The notes below the pieces were generated by a model. That model was given only the letters and a program-made list of their open reading frames with translations. It was not told where the DNA came from and searched no databases. A stretch of DNA of 63,313 nucleotides, filler included, from Reticulomyxa filosa (lineage: Eukaryota; Protista; Foraminifera): NCBI GenBank assembly GCA_000512085.1. It is 9 parts of 9 records of this genome, joined end to end, with 100 filler letters (N's around TTAATTAATTAA, not from the genome) between each part and the next. Parts side by side here need not be neighbours in the genome. Positions count along the whole stretch, not along the records: positions 43,919 to 59,527 come from ASPP01050106.1; positions 59,628 to 63,313 come from ASPP01026121.1; 7 more parts are not named here. One strand, given 5' to 3'. Positions within the stretch are counted from its first letter, which is position 1. Each line of letters opens with the position of its first letter. The position numbers and the translations under genes are program-made. Of the stretch, positions 51,770 through 63,313 are shown one piece after another.

Positions 51770-52267
51770 TATACCTATAAAACTCCAATCTCTTGTGAAT
51801 ATATTTGCCATTGTCTCACGCATTCCAGCACAACTGCCATTTGATGTTGTTTTTTTAATAAATCTAATCGGAAGAGAAAGAATGTTCTTTACATCAAGAA
51901 AAAATTTCTCAAACTTTGGTTCTCAATATCTTTTAACTCCAATGGTGGTCATGACTTTACTGAAGTATAATCCATGTGTTTGAGGTCGAAATTCCATTTC
52001 GTCCACCTTTTCGACTATATGTTCAAGTTCTTCCTTGGAACGGTAGTTCAACTGGTCGTAGTTAATAGGCCAAAGATGTCTATCAATCATGGGTATGATG
52101 TTGTTGGGATTAGTATCTCCATTGAATTCCCCATTTTCGAAGAATTGATACCCGTGTACTAAAAGTATCTTAAGAAAAAGCACCAAGAGTCCACACTACG
52201 ACAGATTGACCACTGATGCTGACAGGCTGTCAAGCCACGTTAGCTGGACAAACTGCAAGGTAAGCAT
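51770..52267 (-). pseudogene. Module A, copy 2
   Basis: MLTLQFVQLTWLDSLSA...LFLKILLVHGYQFFENGEFNGDTNPNN...; internal stops. Confidence 0.5.
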
Positions 52268-52585
52268 GCAAGTGAGTAAAGTGTTAGTACGTTATGCAAG
52301 TGCTCAGCTTCTTTATTGTATAAGAAAAGCTCTCATGCAACAAATATGAAAGGGGAAGCAACAAAAGTGTCGAGAAACATAAACTATAATTTGAAGTTAA
52401 AATAATTTTTTTAAAAAAAGTTAGTAATTTTTGAACAAACATTTGGAAAGTTATTTTTTTTTTGGATTTGATAACAGTGTCAGTGATAGCGGAACGGAGC
52501 GTGAGAATAAAAAAAGGGTTTTTTTGGCGTGTAATTGACGCTCTTTTAAAATCAGACAGTGAGCGAAGAACCAACAACAACAAAA

Positions 52586-53100
52586 ATGCTGAAAAAGATG
52601 GTATCATTATGGTGGGTATTATGGTGTAGTACATTGATTGTATGGACCACTTTAGTAACGACTGGCGACACGAGCACACATCAATCGAACGATTCTTGCA
52701 TTGGATACAATCAAATGCAAAACTATTCAACAGAAGGCTGGATGTATATGAAGGTGCCAGCAAACCAACACAGCGTGAGCATCCATGACAAGGATTTGCT
52801 AGTGGAAAATGAACTGAAATAATTACAAACATGGCCACACTCACATATTGTGTAGTGTTCCATAATAATGCACTTACTTATCATTGCAATATCAGCACAT
52901 TATTTTGGAATACGACCAACGTATTTAGATTTTGGTAAGCTTTATTTCGATAATGCACATATTACGCATTTTCGAATAGCGCAAGCACTTCTACCAATCC
53001 TCAAGTTTACGTAGAGTCAAGGCGATACGGACTGAAGAAGCCACCCAGAGCATTTATAGCATTTAGGATGACACATCAAATAATATTTGATTCAACCTCA
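52586..53100 (+). pseudogene. Module B, copy 2
   Basis: VSLWWVLWCSTLIVWTTLVTT...NDSCIGYNQMQNY; the frame continues through TAA 52820-52822 (LK*LQTWP vs LKDLLAWP in copy 1). Confidence 0.5.
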
Positions 53101-56049
53101 TTATGCTTGGCCATCTAATTAGTGTTTGCTATACTTTGATGACACTAAAACCACATCACAGCTAGTTGTTACTTTGATCGATGATAATAATGATAATGCA
53201 ATGAGCGAAGAAGATAGTTGATACAGCTGTAATCCTAAATTACACCATGGTATCGATGCCATATCAAGTGCCCAATTACGACAATAGCAACGACAGAGCC
53301 AACACAAGTGGCAATGGATCGGAAGGCAGTATTTGTAGCCTTATTTTTATTCACAATAAATAATAATAACTTGGCCATTGTTCAATGTGTTGAGTCGTTG
53401 TTTTGTCTCGGGCTGGTAATCTTTATTACTTCAATGCAAAATCTCCTTCTTCTTCCATTTGAGGCTCTATTACATACATGACTAGTGGACCTAACATATC
53501 CTAGTTATTGTAAATACAAAAACAACAAATAATTTAATTCAAATTGCTTTAAAAGATAGACAAAGGTAATTAATGTTGTTTTAACTGCAATCTTCTTTCA
53601 AAGGTATTATGATAATAAAATAAAATTATTCAATCCAATCATTTCATGTCAATCTCCCTTTGACGACAATATCCACGGCAATTTTTGCAATCTAATTGCA
53701 ATATACCAAAAATTGGATAGCTTCTACCAAATCAACACGAATATCATACCAATTCTATATCGGAAATGTCTCCATGCATCTTTGATGTGTCGATATCGGG
53801 AGCCATATGTTCATAACCGCAAATACATGTGAATGACAACGACGAGTATTTGACTAATTATGCATATGATAAGTTGAGAGTATTTAAGCAGGATATTGTT
53901 ATTATTTGCGATTGTAATCACATAACATTCATTGTCACTGCTGTTCGTTTCAGCTAATATCACTCACAACAACTCATAATTTTGATAACACATGCTAGCA
54001 TATTTTATGGATTGATTGTATCAATTGTCTTTGTTTATACTTTCCATTTGGTTCATTCCATAAGTTCATATTGACAATTCATGAGACATTGTTATATATA
54101 TATTGACACAATTCATATATTCGTTATTTTTCTTCTTCTTAATCTTCTTTTCTTCTTTTTCTGTCTTCATTTTCTTTCACTCGAAACCTAAAAGATTCAT
54201 GTGTATATTGTTTTTATTAAGACATACTACAGCAACTAAAAATATGGTAAAAGTAATGAAAAACTTGTATGATTGACTCTGTTTATCGAATTTTTCCTCT
54301 ATTCAGTACCACTCGTATTTCAAGGCTCTGATAAAGTTGTTTTTTATGAATTGTATCTATTGCGTGGATAGATTTATGAACGTACTATAAAGCAATTCAC
54401 TTTTGAATTGTGATTGCAACATACCAAGAGAAGACAGATTCACAATTGCATACTTTTTTCCAGAAAACTGATAATTTTGCTTGACGACACAAAGAATTGG
54501 AATCAACGTTAATAAATCGATTGTCGTCTCCAATATTTAATTGTTCGTGGCATACACGATTTGAATAGGATGGAATATGAGTAGCACACGTATCGGAGGA
54601 GCTCAGATAGCTCATAAATAGTGCCAATACCATCCGCTATCAACGACACTACATATTACATGCTGGCTCTACTCTGGGCATGCTATTAATAATTTCCAAC
54701 GCTTTCACTTGGACATCTATATACATATATGTATACAAGGATAACACACCAATTGAAGATAATTACAGAAAGAGATAACTACTTTTTCCAAATTGAATCA
54801 ACCAGTTAATTTTTTTCTGTTTTTGATAGCGATATTTGGGCACGTCGAATTTGGTCAAATGGACTGGTATTGATTGATCGCGCTCGTATTCACAATTACA
54901 GGATTGTGCATTTATTGACGAAACGAATGATTTTTGAGAACGCAGGCATTACTACAACGACAGGATGTGGCATCGAAAATTTGTGCAATGCGAAAAGAAT
55001 GGAATTTATTTTTTTGACTCCGATGTTGCTACTACTTTGTATTGATTGGGATCGTACTCCCGATATTGTAGACGAGCAAATATTATTTTCCAATCCAATA
55101 TTTTCGCATTGACACCATTCCCTATTTATCATGGGAGGCACTGGATTATTACTTTCTGCATATCTTGCACGCAGTTTTTGTGATTCCTGCGTTCTATCAA
55201 GACATCAATGTTTGCTTATGCATTTCTGTAAATCCATTCTTTTTCCTCTTCATTTGCGATTCCACCACCTGTACTAATAGCGTATTCCATGTATTGTTTT
55301 TCCTCTTCCTTGATTTGCTCTTCTTCTGCTGCTTTTCCCTCTTTCTTTGCTTCGTTCACGCCTGTACAATGAAAAGGTTCATTTTCACATTGTTTTAATT
55401 AAGATATATTACAACGCTGAAAATATAATAAGAACAAAATATACACCTGGAAATATGACTATGGGCACCACTACTATCCAAGATGCTAAGATTGGCCATT
55501 GACAGTGACAATATCACCAGCTTCCGATCCAGACAAAATATGCAATGTGTAGGATACCGGTTTGTCTTCTATAATGTGATCAGTATTCTTCAAATTTTCA
55601 AAACAAACACACATAAAGAAAAGAATATATAACTTAACTTTTTTCCAAAAAAAAATTAATATTCTATTATAATTTTTTCTTTATATTCTTTTTTTCGCTT
55701 TATTTTTTATTATTTTCTTTCTTATTATTTTTCTCATCAAAATATTTCTTTTTTTCTTACACTCTTTCTTTCTTTTTCATTATACATATTTTTTTTTCTT
55801 ATTATTACATTCTTTTTTTTTATTACTACTTTTTTTTTTCTTATTTACTATTTCATTTTCTTTTTATTAATTCCTTTTTTTTTTCTTTTTTATTATTACA
55901 TCCTTTTTTTTCCTTTTTTATTCCATCCTTTTTTTGTTGTTGTACATATTTTTTTTTATTTCAACATTTTTTATTTTATTTCATTTTTATTACAACTTTT
56001 TTTCCCCACTTATTATTTATTATCCAACTTTCCCAACTACAATCAAAAA

Positions 56050-58211
56050 AATGACAGGTACCTAAAAGTCTTTGTTGCACCGGATACCTATATGCAGATA
56101 CAAACAAAGTTATCTTCATAATTTTTAAAAAACAAAAAATATATTCATAACTATTATTTGCCACGACAAACTCCTGCTTCTTTTCCTATGATAACACTTC
56201 ACATCAATTTTTTTTGGGGGATGGGGCAAATAAATAAATACATTATATACAAATATAGATATTTCGTTTGAGGGGGAATTCCTGTTTAATCAAAAATCAA
56301 ACACATTTTATAACAAAGGTATGCATACACAAATAAAGAAACATATTCAAACCTTTTTTTGCTTTTTCACAAACGGGGTAGATTTCAACCCCATAATTAT
56401 CATTATTTTTTTTTTGTGTGTGTGGAGGGGGATATAAATTAAACGTTGACTTGACGGGGGAACCTATATCACAAACATACCAACATTTGAATATATTTTT
56501 AAAAAAAGCAAAGAGAACAAACCATTTTTTCTCCTTGCGGAGACGATGGTGGTTGCTACCCCAATTTTTTTTTCTTTTTTCATTCAATTGGATTGTCCTA
56601 TTAAACATAAGCACAAGATATGGTTATGAATCGAATATAAATGAAAAGCAAAAGACTTACATTATCTTGGCCTTTGAAATTGCAAGCGCTCACATTGCAG
56701 ACCACATTAAGTGGTTATATCATTCATCATTCAATTTTTCCAATTCCAACTGCCACTTGTCCCACAATATTTGACAATTACTTCTATGTACAAATACAAG
56801 CAAAAAAATTATGTGTATTATTTCCCAACAAAGAAAAATACAAGAATAACTTGGTAGTATGAATGGCATCTCGATTTTTGAATTGATATCAATTGAGACT
56901 TAGTGTGCAGATCATTGTTGAAAGTAAATATTTGTATTTGAATTTGAGCATTGTGTGAATGAATATGATATTGCAATGCTAGCCAGTTTGTCCAAATGTT
57001 GCATTGATGGCTAAGTGCCTTATGGCATAATGCTTTGGCGATAGAGTACTATTTGCACAAGAGGATAGTCACCACGGCCAACTTTTCGTCAGCTGCGTTG
57101 CGACTACTTTCCTCATTTGCGCTAACAGCGCCTCTATGATATCAAAGGCATATCTGTGCCATGGAATGGTAAGGACAGACTTGCCATCATATGCTGTGCC
57201 AGCAATTGCAGCTAGTTGGACAATCATTCTAAGTATACGTTGCACTTTCATTTTCCTTTCATCAATGGCACTATCTATTTTTGTTTATTTATTCTTAAAC
57301 AAAAAAAGGAACTTAAAAAAAAAAAAGGACTTAACGTTTCAACATTGGACAATATTCAAAATTGTGGCGAAGTTGTGGACGACATGCTTTGGACGAATTT
57401 GGCTTTCTGCAAGTTTGCAATTGATACTTGCTTGAGTGGTGCAGCGAGCTTGGACAAAACAAATCTGCAAACAATGTGGAGGTTGAATTCGTGCTTGTGC
57501 CAGTGCTGTAACGAAACATGATCATAGGCAACGTCCACAATCGATACTTGCTCCCAGCTGCTGTAGTTTCTTTTCGACAGTTGAGTATTTACCATTACAT
57601 CCATTTTGCCATTTTTCAATACACTATATTATTATTTTTTTAAATCATTTCTAAATAAAATCCATAACACACACAATTTATCATCTCTTCTTCATATCTC
57701 TTGATATACGTAAACCTCCCTTTTTTTTTTTTTTTAATGATCATTTTTTTTTTTCCATTTAGTCTTTTTGTCACTATTAGTACCTGAATATTGCTGCTGT
57801 AAATGTCCATTTGTGTGATGTCTGTTGTATTGTCAAAGTAGATATGAATGACGTTTTGGAGTGCCAGTCCTTTTTAGATTGTCTTGGATTTGCAATGAGA
57901 GTGCTTTGGCAAATACGTATAATATCGTTAGTTGATTGCATCAACTCATTGTTGGAAATTTGCAATGAGGATGCGCTTGCTATGTTGTTGCATAATTGTA
58001 GAAATTGCCCATATGCCAATGTTTCAAATTTCCACAAATGATTTAGCAACATGTTACGTGATAATGCTAGTATGTTCATATTGATGTGCTGAGTGAAGTA
58101 TCTTTGACTGTTCGTCCAGCTGCAATTACTTGTATTCATCTCACTTGCACTTGACAACACAACGAATGCGTTTGATACATGCAGCACCATCAACACAAGC
58201 AATGCTTTCAT
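56050..58211 (-). pseudogene. Module C, copy 3 (a short relic copy 2 lies at ~51160-51420)
   Basis: MKALLVLMVLHVSNAFVVLSSA; IVQLAAIAG...AFDIIEALLAQMRKV; same intron positions as copy 1. Confidence 0.55.
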
Positions 58212-58759
58212 GCTGCCGTTTGACTAACCAAAGGATTTACTCAAGATTTTTCTCCGTTTGTCCCCTCCACTTCTACTGAGCACACTGAAACAAAAGAGCA
58301 ATAAAGCTACTTTAAGAAAAAATTTCTGGCAAACGAATGTATTTGTAAAAACTTCAAATGGATTGCAAACGATTTATGAAAATATCAAATTGATTGGAAA
58401 ATGAATTTGTTTTGTGTATTTCACTACAGTGCAAGACGAAAACAGTTAGTCCTTTCTAATTTAAAAATTCTTTTCACTTATCAAAAAAAGCACTATCTTC
58501 AATCAAGGAAAAATTAAATGGAAAAAGTATGCACATTACAAATTTCAACAATTAAAAAAAAACAAGAACAAATATTTGCAACAAAAATGGTCACTTAGCA
58601 CTTCCTCTATCTTTAATATAATCTATGTATGTGTTTGTGTATTGTGTATATCGCAATCGTTTTACATTTTATTTCTTTTTTTTTTTTGATTGGGTGAAAA
58701 AAATGGATTGGCTGCACTTTGACTTGTAGACAAGTAAACAGATGAAAAATATCTCCAAA

Positions 58760-59287
58760 AAAAAGATACCTGCACAACTCCAATCTCTTGTGTCGTCCCA
58801 CGAGTTTCGGCACAATTTTCATTTGATATTATTCTTTGTGAAAATATACTTACAAGCCTCACAAGAGAAAGAATGTTCTTTGATACACCCGTGATGATGA
58901 CATACCTTTCCAAATTCATTATCCAAGTAACTAACTCCAATGATGGTCATGATTTTTATAAAGCAAGGGTCCATGTACTTGGGGATTGAAACCTCATTTT
59001 CTCAATCTTTTTGATAATATATTCCAAATTGCGATCGGTCATTGCAATGGTCAGTTCGACCAAGTGATTGTGCTTCAACTACTGTAGTTAATAGACCAAA
59101 GATATTCATTGATCATGAGCAAGTTGCTGTCAGAGTGAGTGTCTCCATTGAATCTGCCCGTTTTGAAGATTTGACACTCATACACCAAAAGCATCTTAAG
59201 AAAAAGCGTCACATTGGGTACCAAGAACCCACAATACGCTGACAGGTTGTCAGACCACGTTAGCAGGATCAACAGCAAGGTAAGCAT
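58760..59287 (-). pseudogene. Module A, copy 3
   Basis: MLTLLLILLTWSDNLSA...LFLKMLLVYECQIFKTGRFNGDTHSDS...; internal stops. Confidence 0.5.
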
Positions 59288-60135
59288 GCAATTGAGTAAA
59301 GCGTTAGTATGTTATGTAAATCACTCAGCTTCTTTATTGTAGAAAAGAAAAGCTTCTCATGCAACAAACATGAAAGGGGGAGAAAAAAGCTCGTCAAGGC
59401 AACAAAAGTGTAAACATAAACAATAATTTGAACTTAAAATATTTTAAAAAATAACAAGTTTTAGTAATTTTTGAACAAAAAGTTGGAACCGAAAGGGTTT
59501 GAATTCCGGGTTTTTAAAAACCCGGAANNNNNNNNNNNNNNNNNNNNNNNNNNNNNNNNNNNNNNNNNNNNTTAATTAATTAANNNNNNNNNNNNNNNNN
59601 NNNNNNNNNNNNNNNNNNNNNNNNNNNGAAGGGACTTCAAAAATATATTTTTGCAATATATGTGTTTTTTCGTAATGAAGAAAAAAATAAAATAAATTAT
59701 AACTTTTTGTAATTATACTGAAAACAATAAATTATCTTTTTTAAATATTCAATATGATGTCCATTGTTAAAATGAAAATTGTAAATATTTTTTGTCTTGA
59801 TCTAATTTTATCAAATATTATTATTGCATTAAAGAGAATTATAAAAAAATTAATTTTATTTATTGTTTGGACTTAAGATGAATTAGCAGAGATCTATATG
59901 TTTGAAAATTGTAATGTCAATTTCCAAAAAGAATATTTTGAAAAATTTTAAGTTGATTTTTTTAAAGATTGAGCGTGCTTTGCAAAAAAATGGGCTGCAG
60001 AATTTTCTGAATTAAATAGAAAATTGGATTTCATTTTAAACTGGCTTGATAGACTGAAAAGAGAAAAGGATTTCATGAAAATAGTTTCAGGTTATCTCAT
60101 TTTTTTAAACACTTGACATAATACCAAAAAAGTTA

Positions 60136-62415
60136 ATGTTAGTGATGGATGTGGAAGGAGGAGAAAATAAAAAAGAAATATTTTCCAGTTCTGATTGTTA
60201 TGACAAAGAATGGCTTTCGTTAACCAACGAACCACAGAAATTAAGCACATTAGTTTGTTGTCTTTGTAATCAGATTGCAAATAATGCGGTGGAATTACAA
60301 TGTGATGAACATGAAAATGCAGAACATGCGTATTTAATTGGGGAAGAATGTTTACATAAGTATCTAAGACAAAACAACGGAAAATGTCCGATTCAACAAC
60401 ACGAACATTGCGAATTTTCGAAAAGTAAAACCATAAGACAACAAATTTCAGAATTATTAATAGTTTGTCCTCGACAATATAATTTTTTAAAAAAGAAAGA
60501 ATTAAATAAATATAATAATTGGAATTCAAAAAAGCAATGCGATTACAAAGGAAAAATAAGAGAAATTAAAGAGCATTTGGATAAATCATGTCAATTAATT
60601 TCAATTGAACAAATTATTTCCTTAGAAATTCAACAACAATTAAATGTAGTTCACGAACAAATTAAACAATTGCAACAACATTTACAATTCAATCAAAATA
60701 CAGTCAATGAGTTACAAACACAATTGAGAAATGAAAAGATACAAACAGTTTTGTTATTATTTTTGCATTTTTATAATAATAATAATAATAATAATAATTG
60801 TCATTATTTTATAAATAAATAATAATAAAAAAAAAAGGAGGAATTAAAAGAAAAGTACTTTGAAAGTAAAAAAGAAATTGAAAAGCTGAAAGAAAATGAC
60901 AGCGAAAAAAACAAACAAATTCAACAACTTAACGTATAGATTTATTGTTTTGAAAATAAATACATTTGTTAATATATTATGATAATAATATTCAAATAAC
61001 AAATTAGGAAAATATAAGACAATTGAAATTGGAAAATGAACAAGTAAAATTAGAAAGACAATTGGAAGAAAAAAAACAAAGTGAAGGGATTGTGAAAATG
61101 CATAATGCTAATTCTCTCTTAAAACAACAACAGGTATGTTTTCTTAATTATTGTTTATAAAATAATGCAAACAAAGAATTAATAACAAATAATTGTTGAT
61201 CAGAAAATTCTCTTCACTGAATTTGAAAAATTAGAACAAGAAATTAAATTAAAAAGTGATCAAATACAAGACAAAAAAGAAAGTAATAGTAATGATAAAT
61301 CATTAGTACAAAATTCAAAACAATCTTCAACATTCAATTTTGATATGTTTTGCTCATCATCCAAATTACTCAAAACGTTCACTGGACACAATCAATGTGT
61401 GTATAGTATTGACTATTCAACATTTTATGGTAATCAATTACTTTGTTCTGGATCATATGACACTACAGTTCGTGTATGGGATGTAGAGACCAATCAACAA
61501 ATTCAATTATTCAATGGACATTCAAACTCTGTTTTTTATGTGAAATTTTCGCCATATCATTATTATAATCATCGTCAAAATGTCATATGTTCTTCATCAG
61601 CAGACAATACTATTCGCTGTTGGGATATCAAACATAATAAGCAATTACAAATATTTAATGGACATACAAGCTATGTTTATGGAATTGAATTATCACCATT
61701 TAATGGTGGTAGATATTTGTGTTCTGGATCATTTGACAAAACAATTCGTTTGTGGGATATTGAAACATCCAAAACATTGCATATTTTTAATGGACACGCA
61801 AATCTTGTTTGGTGTGTAGATATTTCATCATTGCAAAGTAATAATAGCAGTGAAAATGATGGTAGTAAAAGTAATAATATTGGTGTAATTGGTGGTAATG
61901 GATATACAATTTGTTCTGGATCATTTGATAATACGATTCGTGTATGGGATATTGAAACAAATAAACAATCGACTTTATTCAAAGGTCATGAATATCATGT
62001 GATGAGTGTAAAATATGGATCAAATGAATCAGAGATATTATCCGGATCAAAAGATAAAAGCGTTCGTTTGTGGGATATTCGATCTGGTAAACAAATTCAA
62101 ATGTTCAATGGACATACAAGTTGTGTATGGGCAGTTGAATATTCACAATTTATAAATAATAGTAGTGAAGTTGATGGTAGCTCAAATGTAATATGCTCTG
62201 GATCATTTGACAATACAATTCGTTTTTGGGATGTTCGATCAAATAAGGATGAATTATATGTTATCAAAGGAGATGATCAAAAAGATAATGGAATATATTG
62301 CCTTAAATTTATATCATTGAAAAAGAGAGAAAAGTATAATGAAAAAACAAATGTTGATTGTGGTGTTAGTTTATGTTACGGTTCAAACAAAGGTTCAATT
62401 CATGTTTGGGGATGA
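60136..62415 (+). CDS. RING/TRAF-like Zn finger + coiled coil + WD40-repeat protein, 4 exons
   Basis: CCLCNQIANNAVELQCDEH...GEECL...GKCP, VCPRQY...CDYKGKIREIKEHLDKSC; coiled-coil exons; WD40 repeats ending IHVWG*. Confidence 0.92.
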
Positions 62416-62960
62416 ATAATATAAATGAATTTTTATCAAAACTCTATGACCAAAGAAAATTAAATGTTTCCATAAAATTATCAAACCGTCAAATCTTGAT
62501 AGTAGACCTTTTTTAACTCTTTTTACAGCATCTTTTCAAAAAAGAACGTGTCAAATTAATGCTATTGAATACTAAAATTTATGGCACTGACAAAGGAAGG
62601 ATAGTCAGTAAGTGAAAAATTGATCCAATTGTCATGGATAAGATTGTTACAATGACAGAAACAAGTATAGATACACCAAATTCAAAAAGGCTTGCTCAGT
62701 TGCTCAAAAGCAAACAACGCTCCAGATTTTAAACAGATGAATTAAAACAAATTCATCCAAAACAGAATTTTATTCTTTTCACTTCATAAAAAAAAAAGTA
62801 GAACTTCATTCATATATGTCACCCTCAAGCATAATTGAATCATCGTTTGATTTTTGCCAATTGAGTTTTGGATCTCCTAAAAAACAAAAATTAACAATAA
62901 TCATAGCTCATTCAATTCTGGGTGTTTCTAAAACTTGGTTGACCTGCCATTCACGTTAAA

Positions 62961-63313
62961 ATGGATCTAAATCAGGTAGAATCAAAATATAGTCCAAACA
63001 TAAACGTTGTAAATCCATTTGAAACTCTGCCGTCTTTGCCTTCGGCAATTTCCTTTGCCCAATGTGTAAACTATGAGCACGAAATCCTTATTTGTGGAGG
63101 TTATGGTAATCGAAACTGTTATTCCTATCATATGCTTAAAAACAAGTACAAATTTATCTGTTATTATCCGGAGACTGTTACATTGTGGGGACACACAGTA
63201 ATAAAGTATGTAAATCTCAAGAATGCAGATGATATAACATTGTTATCTTTCGGTGGAAAAAAAAAACATACATTAATAATGAACTATGTAAGTGTTTGGA
63301 GGGAAGGAGATAG
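62961..63313 (+). CDS. Kelch-like beta-propeller protein, 3'-truncated by the window edge
   Basis: Open from ATG 62961: PFETLPSLP...QCVNYEHEILICGGYGNRNCYSYH...WGHTVIKY...TLLSFGG. Confidence 0.8.
   Translation, partial: MDLNQVESKYSPNINVVNPFETLPSLPSAISFAQCVNYEHEILICGGYGNRNCYSYHMLKNKYKFICYYPETVTLWGHTVIKYVNLKNADDITLLSFGGKKKHTLIMNYVSVWREGD

Noticed and set aside
43919-59527. Alternative genetic code (stop-codon reassignment) explaining the broken ORFs
   Set aside because: All three stop types and frameshifts occur, often at copy-specific positions. Intact genes elsewhere end normally in TAA, TAG and TGA.
59490-59527. Terminal sequence TTCCGGGTTTTTAAAAACCCGGAA as a hairpin end
   Set aside because: It is a palindrome, but it sits in the last bases of a contig with inflated homopolymers, so it is more likely a low-quality read end.

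Overview
This is not one continuous locus. It is nine unrelated contigs joined by artificial 100-nt linkers (44 N + TTAATTAATTAA + 44 N). Eight contigs are AT-rich, intron-containing protist DNA. Their expanded WD40, TPR and Kelch families resemble those of the foraminiferan Reticulomyxa filosa (my recognition, not a search result). They carry Sec1, GcvT, lysyl-tRNA synthetase, TBC+PH, SAM-FN3-TLDc, SR-like Zn-knuckle and hydrolase genes, a LINE reverse transcriptase relic and many pseudogenes. One contig (22828-28925) is gene-dense alphaproteobacterial DNA, probably from a Rickettsiales-like endosymbiont: hpf, rlmN, a CDF transporter, kdsB, an aspartic protease, tRNA-Arg(CCG), greA and a phytase-like lipoprotein. 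Three things stand out. (1) Two diverged head-to-head TPR paralogues share a 441-bp inverted repeat with one mismatch, covering the 5' UTR, exon 1, intron 1 and the start of exon 2. (2) An intronless orphan gene next to them has a Zn-cluster and a methyltransferase-like fold. (3) A 15.6-kb contig is a tandemly repeated, shuffled and degenerate cassette of signal-peptide genes. Exon boundaries and alignments were read by eye.
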